Positions 51,201 to 57,508 of a DNA stretch of 64,000 nt are shown here, in pieces; position 1 is the stretch's first letter, and each line of letters starts with the position of its first letter. The stretch is taken from IMG/VR virus record IMGVR_UViG_3300035661_000011, positions 90,506 through 154,505 of that record, one strand, 5' to 3'. Under the pieces are notes generated by a model. It searched no databases. It had not been told where the DNA came from and was given only the letters and a program-made list of their open reading frames with translations. Source of the DNA: a virus. Both the position numbers and the translations under genes were made by a program.

Positions 51201-51835
51201 TACCCAACTAAACGAGATAACAGTTCAGATTGACTACCTTGGTGTTGAGCTGAATATTCAAATTGTTTTTTACCAATTTCCCTATCGTAATTCGTATGTG
51301 CTAACTGCTCCCTATGTTGTGAGTCGTTTTGTGCAGCCACAGCTCCAAACACCCCAGAAATTGCACTAGCTACCTCTGAGTCTTCTTGGTTATCTGAGGA
51401 ACTTTCACTTCCGTAACCAGGGTCGTATCCGTCGTCACTTAATAATTTACTAGCTAATTTTTTAGGGAGTATAAAATTTGTGATAGGACTGAATGTACCT
51501 GCGACGGACTTTAATGAACGTATAACGGGATCTGCATCTTTCTTAAGTGATGAATAAATACTATCTAATTCACTCTTAACTCTACCGACTTCAGTAAATG
51601 CGTTTTCGTAGGACTTTGGTAGTGTCGCAAATAGTAATCCTTTAGCTAAATTACCACCACCTGCTTTTGAAATTGCACCTTGCCTAAGACCATTTTGTAT
51701 TTTCCAGGTAGCCGAACGATTAGCGTTTAGATTATCATCACCTAAGTCAAAACTATCCATGTCAAAATCGTCATCGTCCCCCCAATCACCACCAGAATCC
51801 ATTAAATCATTTTTATTTTTTGCCATTTTATTCAC
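45218..51835 (-). CDS. Giant tail-associated muralytic protein (phiKZ gp181-like) with phage-tail-lysozyme and M15 peptidase domains
   Basis: ~2200 aa, divergent from the RNAP beta' gene. AAGITANLKEES.FNP...GIGQW...R (tail lysozyme); SLHSWGIALDIN...WGGNW.KPDGMHFQ (M15 Zn peptidase). Confidence 0.85.
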   Translation of the reverse strand: MNKMAKNKNDLMDSGGDWGDDDDFDMDSFDLGDDNLNANRSATWKIQNGLRQGAISKAGGGNLAKGLLFATLPKSYENAFTEVGRVKSELDSIYSSLKKDADPVIRSLKSVAGTFSPITNFILPKKLASKLLSDDGYDPGYGSESSSDNQEDSEVASAISGVFGAVAAQNDSQHREQLAHTNYDREIGKKQFEYSAQHQGSQSELLSRLVGYQDSVLNAYHKKSLELQYRQHYSLKSLLNVTVETAKASIEELRAIAKFTSLPNEVKVTDSEILQNRTKHLLIGKVQEKFHGGASAFLHKFRKGAMSEIQDFLGGVGNALNTAETFGSMSSGMGDTTTMLSSGLGEELMGGAGRLAGNIWGTKVRNAIDHHAPGFNNGVISLGNKAARIQQQWPAMIMDYLREGNGQGWRGVGHRIMNDEGSGTTDIIKHDLANEAHEQTSWDALSRRTLIDIIPGYMSRQLQTQDSIYNILTGNPDRADRIVYSVDAERFITHKERIKRTKLQLKQTLNAGSIKDETSKLVGHIDDGTLTDEEKHILGLFMAKEADKSSAFSVKKYSDEMELPAEIAERVAPMIRKAFGIEETEDLDDFGRRKFKVIDSPESTDRHTKAATAFGNLGRSFTNMDSVLGSKHNLGETEDLFDLGVVNDKGANSEYKWGMTDKLLRSKNREDFYKDYENVAPTKAEILEVLANMNRGKKGKKKKTVESDSLTQRLMGMLSSSDDSPSLGMSGGMPTEIKVDFKDDSNRIIEAITNNTTLVKEYLERIAIGVESIESVGDSSAFGPIQPLYDKHRDKIDSAKGAIKWGADKALSGAKGVLTVGKGALSVTGKFGKFLYNHTPDGPQLKSVGEQIVILSKKGFSVAKLAGIYGMKAVRLALSGGKFAAIEGALPGAKWVGGKVSSVFTRAKDYLGEHGVLDGGKKLLKKHGHLALMAAGGALAMHAGGAGTLALGALGIHTYMNKDKKGGLFRSLKAVYTKGKRGVPALGIEGLLHGEYIDKLTGAVITSAKDITGAVVNKYGETVITTKEFLDGLVDEEGKPFSESVKDQAMKLKKLLTKGNLKKVFTKENLARAMKAKKWLTDSSPAARLKKMWTKTHVQKDLTTHVGGDPIIKAETMKLGLYVDGHTGKVINSIYQIIGSVKEIVGTDMIEVLSDLDVKNGLYDCITGKKIKLKRLSKLAMSKITGLVGKGIKGITGSGVWQKLTKLKTPVQGIASAVIDKLADTMANKDNKVEELLTKIYDFLKEAMPVEDSETREANRPGGAMDQMRHKPGGGLILPAERGSKGKPAATGVGASAAGAGLIAGGAPSVMPPGHDEPEDEEKESGGTMDTMAKWGGYGAGGLAAIKGALGYLGFGGTAAETGLAVEGVGAAGGAGAMAVAAPLLALGGGLALMKSAFDDVHARRMKAEGREAELIGESAMPSTFDNMKDKYVNAKYKSTLSSLEKLRYLQYGIPIDNEKAVKTLRYFESEMLDIISIPDNKPPNIGSSIDDIWNDYGRVFNNNPADTNAKKSFSVWFMKRFVPVYVKHTLAARKWKRKLDKVDELPNLKAQSEFVNLVQFDGDARKMGLDPFSVQSSPFSNIPLTDNIGLADTLSNQLRDPSKIKYDILGNTEDIKDPKDIQGQAAKLAEEAKQKDIEDKAKDPSIIDKAKGIISDAASSVGSGIDWLRDKTSRGIENVANAGSSVIDTVKNIVGDGFGGGADTEKSDFVISSFMKLGWSKEQAAGITANLKEESQFNPDSKGDGGNAYGIGQWHSDRQENFRKFIGKDIHGSTLEEQIRFVDWELKNTEKGAGDKLSETTTASDAGAVVSKLYERPAAIEEAARNRAKLANGLFDSYNGANGSKNFVSALGNYVKGGNGKGVTSSDCDKKYGDPNAKNNIINWNIPSDLRIKPFPNSLECNKDLVGPLSQAFKNIISRNLTNQIKTFDGCLCIRKKRGGNTMSLHSWGIALDINAATNGFGAPPTMSHELVACFTDSGFDWGGNWSKPDGMHFQLSSLNGASAPAGFVVPNEKSISDTTSTTSVQSPTDTSSSQQAATSTTQTSPMKSFSMDDSSSGGAQPIGAMSATSTANTTPSTQTETAATTPVSNVGAIGGTASPMISSDVTSAENNLLGIKTQPIMTPATPSGPDVASVVESTATTAEKQRTMQQQTLESINNTLQLMVKNSATPGEAMAEAARNTLQPKSPYQSTTKPVTPMVDMSM

Positions 51836-51850
51836 CTAATAGGTTAAGTT

Positions 51851-53308
51851 ATGAGTATTGATAAGTTACCATTTAATATATTTTTATTACCGAACGATAG
51901 ATCAGAAATAGCTGGTCAGTTACCAGTTCGTTCACTAGATATTTTCTCTAGCGACAATCAGTTCAATGTAGACGGATTGTATAGCTCAATTGCATTTGGT
52001 GAAGTCGGAACGTACGACCGTCAAAGTAGATGCGGCTATATAGATTTACGTACTGAAATTATGCATCCTAAAATCTTTAAGGAGTTAGTTAAACTAAAAG
52101 GTTTATATGGAGGTATTATCTCTGGTAGGACTTACGTTCTATGGGATGGTAAGTTGAAAGACTTTGTTCCATCCAATGTCATTGATGGTAAAACAGGCTA
52201 TGCGTTCTTTATGAGTCATTTCTTAGAAATGATGCACGCTACAAATGATTCTAACATTAGAGACTTACGAATCAAGCTAATGGAAAAGAGTAAAGACAAA
52301 TGTATGTATCAATTTTATCAAGTGATACCGGCCGCTTTACGTGATATTGAAATGAATTCCCAAGAACGTCCTAAAGAAGATGAAATCAACCAGATGTATA
52401 GGAAGATGATTCGCGCTAGTAATACAATATCTATACATAGTCGTAATGTAAATGACCCTATGTTAGATACAGCTAGATGGACTTTACAACAGGCTGCAAA
52501 CGATATCTACGATTACCTTGAAACTATCATGTCTGGTAAACACGGTTGGTTAATGGATAAGGTAGCATCTAGAAACGTATCTGGCGGTACGAGAAATGTA
52601 ATTACTGCTATGGATGCCGCCCCTAAGAAACTAGGTGCTAAAGATGCAATCACCGTTGACCACACTTTAGTTGGTTTACATCAATACCTTAAGGGCACTA
52701 TTGATTTAACTATCTACGACATCCGTAAAGGCCCTATGGCACCTGTTTTAGAGTTTATGCCCACTATGGCGTATGTAGTGGATGTAAAGTCCTTAAATCG
52801 CAAAACTATTACACCATCTAAATTCACAGTGGATAACTGGGGAACAGAAGAAGGAATTGAAAAATTAATAAATGGGTTTGCTAAAGATACCACTAGACAT
52901 AAACCAATTATGATAGATGGTAACTATGCTGCATTAGTGTATCGAGATGACAAACATGTTAAAGTGTTTTATGATATTTCAGATTTACCACACGGGTTTG
53001 ATAAAAGTAAAGTGTCTCCACTCACTTGGGCTGAAGCATTTTATTTATCAGTTTATAGAAGTGCTGAGGACGTTGGTAACTATGACACTCGATACCCAGT
53101 GGCTGACTTAGGTTCTATTTATGGAGCTAAGACGTATTTGGTCACTACAGTAAAAGCTGATAACTTGATTGAATTAGATGAACACTGGAAACCATTATTG
53201 GGAGATGTGCATCTATTTAGTTTCCCAATTAAATCTGAACCATTTGTTGACAGTTGTAGTATCCACCCTAATAAAGAAAATGGGGCAGGTGCTGACCACG
53301 ATGGAGAT
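51851..53308 (+). CDS. Virion RNA polymerase beta' catalytic subunit (phiKZ gp180-like), exon 1
   Basis: DGLYS..FG.VG...R, VIPAALRD, GK.G...K...R.V..GTRNVIT, RYPV and catalytic GADHDGD, after which homology stops abruptly. Confidence 0.9.
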
Positions 53309-53974
53309 TTTTACTATACATTAAAATGTGCGTAATTCATAGGTTTATAAGGTTGTTGTAATAGTTTGCCCTACGGTTTTAATATAATACGGTACACAAC
53401 GCATGTGCACCTTATTATAATTAACTTTGGGGGAGCGATGTACAAACAAATACCTAAAACAGATGGGTATTAGAACTGATGGAAGAAGACAAGAATTTAA
53501 ATCTATTAGAGATGCGGAAGTAAGAACTTTTTTAAATAGAAAACTTATTTCCAAATGCCTTAAGGGTTTACCAATTTCGTCAAGCTGGAATTTTAAATAC
53601 GCATACAGTGTATAATTGAGTCCTACACACAGGTAACTGTGTGATAGATTCTTCTTGAATTGCTGGAATAACTCGTTAGACTAATCAACTACAATAGCCG
53701 TGAAAACAGGCTATGAATGTCTGAAAATGATTAGGTAGAGTCAACCGTGGGACATAAGTCCCCTTTAGCAGCGAAGCTCCTAAGTCACTATGTGATATGG
53801 AGAACGTTCAACGATCATCCCTTATCCAGGGAGTAGAGCCTCTAGTTATAAAATGAGGAAGAAGTGGGAAGCTCCCTGATATATCAGGGTGAAGATATGA
53901 TCTGCTCCTACACGAGAGTGTAGGCGGGTGTCTTAGCACACCGGGTTAGCTTAACGCACTAACCGGACAGTAGG
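53309..53974 (+). mobile_element. Self-splicing group I intron (IA-like) in vRNAP beta'
   Basis: P AATTGCTGGAA (53658-68), Q TTAGCAGC (53765-72), R GTTCAACGATCA (53806-17) and S AAGATATGATCT (53892-903), with compensatory P7 GATCA/TGATC. P7.1/P7.2/P8/P9 hairpins present. The 5' exon ends in U and the intron ends in G. Splicing restores DHDGD-KMS (cf. DFDGD-QMA). Confidence 0.88.
53427..53615 (+). pseudogene. Remnant of an intron homing endonuclease (NUMOD1-like DNA-binding helix only)
   Basis: EFKSIRDAE...LNRKLISKCLKG.....WNFKY; no HNH, GIY-YIG or LAGLIDADG nuclease domain visible. Confidence 0.6.
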
Positions 53975-55750
53975 AAAATGAGTATTCAGTTTGTTTTATC
54001 TAAAGAAGCTAGAAAAGAAGTCCATGACTTTCATAATAGTAAAGAATCTTTATTAAATCAAACTGGGCAATTGCGATATGGTATTAATAATAAAATTTCT
54101 GAATTAGTAGTTGAGGCTATGACTATTGGATTTTATCCATCTAAAGCTGGCTTAGAGGATTTAAAAGACGATATAGATGAAGCTGCACATGAAGCTGCAA
54201 CGTCACACTTAAACGATTTACCAGAGCCAACGATTCCAATGTATGAAGCCGGTAACTATAAGAAAGGTCATATCGCTTTACAAGGTTTAAGAATATCTAT
54301 TGAAAACCCACAGGGGTCTACTCGAAAGGGGGTTGATAAAGACGGTAAAGAATGGTCTCGTGTAATGTCTCATCATTATGGGTATGTTAAAGGTTCGTTA
54401 GGGGCTGATGGTGACCACGTTGATGTATATGTTGGTGATACACCAGAGTCAGAGGATGTATTTGTTGTGAATCAGATATTTCCAGATACGCTTAAATTTG
54501 ATGAACATAAAGTAATGCTCGGATTTACTACTTTAGACTCTGCTGTTAAAGCGTATAAAAGTAACTTTACTAAAGACTGGAAAGGTTTAGGTTCAGTAAC
54601 TGAAATTACAATGGAGGAATTTAAAGAACATCTAAAGAAAGATAAAGTCACTAAACCTATTTTAAACGACGAAAGTGTTCATTATGGTACAGAAGATCTA
54701 AAGGTGTACAAACCACCAGTTGTACGTTCTGCTACAAAGAAAGATTTACCTAAGTTAATCGAGCTATGGAAAACCTTAGTGTCTGAAACTAACTATCTAC
54801 GAAACGACATTGTTGAATCAAATAAAGTTTCATTTGAAACTAATAAATTTAATGAAATGTCTAAAGAACCAAATAAGTATTTCGTATTGGATTTAGATGG
54901 TCTAATTGTGGGGGCTATACGGTGCACTGTTGTCAAATATAAGAGTGAAGCTAGCTTTGGGTTAGGTGTGCTTGCTAAACACCAAGGTAGAGGCTATGGG
55001 GCGTTATTAATTAACACTCTCATATCTTCATTAAAAGAGGATGGTATTAGTCTACTCTACCTATACGTAAATACAGAAAACGTTAGGGCTATTGGACTTT
55101 ATAACAAACTAGGGTTTAAACCAAATGGTAAACTATTAGAGATTGGTAAAGAAAAACTTTTAGAGATGGATATGCAATTAGGTTCAACTAAACCTAAGTC
55201 ATCTATCTATGCTAAATCACTAAAAGAAATTGATTTTCTATCATTAGTACGAGGTACTTTTAAGTTGGGGTTTGGAAATGAAAATATGATAGACCCATAT
55301 TTGAATGGTAGAAACGTTAACACTTTAGAGTTTAAACACGAACAACGACATCGCGTAGGAAATGTTTTTCAAGACACCTTTGATAACACTATGCGAGAAT
55401 TAGGTTGGTCTGAATCGAAGCCAGTTGATAAGTCTTGGGTGGGTTTTGATTTAGATGGTACATTAGCCGAATACGATGGGTGGAAAGGTATCGAGTTTAT
55501 TGGTAAACCGATTCCATCTATGGTAGATCGAGTTAAACAGTATTTAAGTGATGGTCAAAACGTAAAGATATTTACAGCCAGAGCCTGTGATGATGAAGCA
55601 ATTCCTTTTGTAAAAGAGTGGTTGACTGTTCATGGTCTTGGTGAGTTGGAGATAACCAATGTAAAAGATTTTCACATGGTTAAACTATATGACGATAGAT
55701 GTGTTCAAGTTGTAGAAAACACAGGTGAACTCGTTGGGTTAGGAAAATAA
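53975..55750 (+). CDS. vRNAP beta' exon 2 fused to inorganic-pyrophosphatase-like, GNAT acetyltransferase and HAD phosphatase domains
   Basis: ~55 aa RNAP tail. EAGNYKKGH..ISIENP.GS.R.G...HYGY...GADGDHVDV (InPase). GVL..HQGRGYG..L...NVRAIGLY.KLGF (GNAT). GFDLDGTLA..IFTAR..K..LYDDR (HAD). Confidence 0.85.
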   Translation, partial: KMSIQFVLSKEARKEVHDFHNSKESLLNQTGQLRYGINNKISELVVEAMTIGFYPSKAGLEDLKDDIDEAAHEAATSHLNDLPEPTIPMYEAGNYKKGHIALQGLRISIENPQGSTRKGVDKDGKEWSRVMSHHYGYVKGSLGADGDHVDVYVGDTPESEDVFVVNQIFPDTLKFDEHKVMLGFTTLDSAVKAYKSNFTKDWKGLGSVTEITMEEFKEHLKKDKVTKPILNDESVHYGTEDLKVYKPPVVRSATKKDLPKLIELWKTLVSETNYLRNDIVESNKVSFETNKFNEMSKEPNKYFVLDLDGLIVGAIRCTVVKYKSEASFGLGVLAKHQGRGYGALLINTLISSLKEDGISLLYLYVNTENVRAIGLYNKLGFKPNGKLLEIGKEKLLEMDMQLGSTKPKSSIYAKSLKEIDFLSLVRGTFKLGFGNENMIDPYLNGRNVNTLEFKHEQRHRVGNVFQDTFDNTMRELGWSESKPVDKSWVGFDLDGTLAEYDGWKGIEFIGKPIPSMVDRVKQYLSDGQNVKIFTARACDDEAIPFVKEWLTVHGLGELEITNVKDFHMVKLYDDRCVQVVENTGELVGLGK

Positions 55751-55758
55751 TTAATTAG

Positions 55759-55839
55759 CGTTACAGCCTACACATATGTGTAGGCTGTAACGACATAAAG
55801 TAAACTCTAGCTCACGTTGTAAACAAATATATATTATCT
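55759..55839 (+). promoter_or_regulatory. Perfect 34-bp palindrome (55759-55792) and early promoter motif (55830-55839)
   Basis: CGTTACAGCCTACACATATGTGTAGGCTGTAACG; AAACAAATA-TATATTATCT. Confidence 0.7.
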
Positions 55840-55878
55840 AAGTGGTACAATTCGTACTATATTTTTGGAGGACTTATT

Positions 55879-56577
55879 ATGCAAATTGACATATACAAAG
55901 ATGGGAAATTGCAATTTATTTTTCATGGTACAAATGAAGAGTGGTTGAACTTTTATAAAACACAACCGTTAGATGTGCCAGTCGTAGAAGCAGAATTGCA
56001 ATGTAATATGGTTGACAACGTTACATTTCCATTTAACGAATATCATCGATTTTATAACGCTTGCGTCATGGGGTATGCCCCAGACGTAGATAGTCCTGTT
56101 TGGCAGGCGCTTATATGTGGGCACAACAATGGTAGTTTGAGTAAGTTGCGTAGCTGGTGCAGTTCAAATGAGAGATTGACATTAACTTGCGATGGCGAGT
56201 ATTTTCATGTACAGGATCATGTAAATTTAGAATCTGTAAAGTTCAAATCGAAGGTTGCAGCCAGTGCGTATATACGAACAACTTTAGCCGCCCCATACAC
56301 TCTTGCTACCCAAGAATACTTTATGGGTAATGAGTTTAATGATTTAGTATGCCATAGTGAAAATAGTGCAGGGTGGGTATCTCCATCTGGAAACATTTGG
56401 GTTTGTTACGTAACCCAGTTTGCTGTAAGATATGAATTAGATAACTGGGGAGAAAAATATACTGTGTCGTTAATTGAATTATCCAAACTATTATCTGATT
56501 TAAACTTGGATTTAGGTATTTTTAAAGCAGCATATAAACTTCAGACTGAAAGACTGAATGGTAAAATTAACAATTAA
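55879..56577 (+). CDS. Hypothetical early protein
   Basis: GGAGG RBS. Confidence 0.7.
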   Translation: MQIDIYKDGKLQFIFHGTNEEWLNFYKTQPLDVPVVEAELQCNMVDNVTFPFNEYHRFYNACVMGYAPDVDSPVWQALICGHNNGSLSKLRSWCSSNERLTLTCDGEYFHVQDHVNLESVKFKSKVAASAYIRTTLAAPYTLATQEYFMGNEFNDLVCHSENSAGWVSPSGNIWVCYVTQFAVRYELDNWGEKYTVSLIELSKLLSDLNLDLGIFKAAYKLQTERLNGKINN

Positions 56578-56594
56578 CTAAAAGGTAAAATATC

Positions 56595-57128
56595 ATGGCA
56601 CAAAATGAAAAAAGGTCAGCCGCATTAAATTTAAATAACTTGTATGTTTCTAAAAACCACCCACAGTATGACGCTACTGTAAAGCACATAACGGAAACCT
56701 TACAGGCTGTTATCAATACAAACCTACCATATAAAGAAGCTACATTTTCTACACTGAAGTCAAAGTTGACACAAGGTGATGAAAACGAAGTTAACTTTGC
56801 TGTGGTCGGCGGTGGTGTTTGTTTATTAGATTACATGAACTGCAAACATTTTACCGATAACACTCCAACTGATGACATTCCATTTGCATACGAATATCGC
56901 CTTGGCGGCAGTATCTCACCTACCATTTCAGTGTACAGTTATAGAAAAATCACTGGGGTTATGACACCTGGTATGGACGTGGTTATTTTACTATGCGAAT
57001 ACAAAGATGTTGTTGTCCCGGAGCAAGGCGTGTGTGAAGAAACAAGTGCCCAAATCGATGGCAGATCGTATAACTTTACGTCAAGAAGTGTAACTGTTGA
57101 AGAATTTAAAATCGAATGGCAGGTGTAA
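56595..57128 (+). CDS. Hypothetical early protein
   Basis: AAGG RBS; ORF track. Confidence 0.65.
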   Translation: MAQNEKRSAALNLNNLYVSKNHPQYDATVKHITETLQAVINTNLPYKEATFSTLKSKLTQGDENEVNFAVVGGGVCLLDYMNCKHFTDNTPTDDIPFAYEYRLGGSISPTISVYSYRKITGVMTPGMDVVILLCEYKDVVVPEQGVCEETSAQIDGRSYNFTSRSVTVEEFKIEWQV

Positions 57129-57398
57129 CGTGACAGTGAATCTGCTAACGATAAAGGTTTAGTAAAAGGAACGCTGTATACGGTTCATAAAATCGAAGTG
57201 TGTATGTATAGTTCTAACCTTTATATAGATGGATTTGATGAACACTTTATCTCAGGTGTGTTTGAGGATGTAGTGTGTTCAGAGACACATTACACCTCTG
57301 ACTTTAAAGAACGAATGTCAACTCTAATTGACACATCAAACTTAACTCCATGTTGGACATTCAGATACACAAGTTAATTTAAACATTAAAGACACATT

Positions 57399-57430
57399 TT
57401 CTAATTCTGTCGAATTCGACAGAATTAGAA
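57399..57430. terminator. Perfect 32-bp palindrome
   Basis: TTCTAATTCTGTCGAATTCGACAGAATTAGAA; T-tract ~17 nt downstream. Confidence 0.7.
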
Positions 57431-57508
57431 TTCTTGTAAGCTTTATGTTTTTTTTTTATTTACAGTATTATATAAATCGTTTGTATACATTAAACCTAGG
57501 AGATTACT

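Noticed and set aside
51851-55750. Two independent genes (494 aa and 590 aa) as listed in the ORF track, or an intein
   Set aside because: The gap contains stop codons and a group I RNA core, and RNAP homology resumes in exon 2. No intein C/S...HN motifs are present.
2379-57430. Palindrome centres read as restriction sites (EcoRI, EcoRV, HpaI, NdeI, BglII, AvrII, AseI), suggesting restriction decoys
   Set aside because: Any perfect palindrome has a palindromic hexamer at its centre, and most such hexamers are some enzyme's site, so this is no independent evidence.
2379-57430. Palindromes as CRISPR repeats or REP/MITE elements
   Set aside because: They are dispersed, unrelated in sequence, and have no spacers or target-site duplications.
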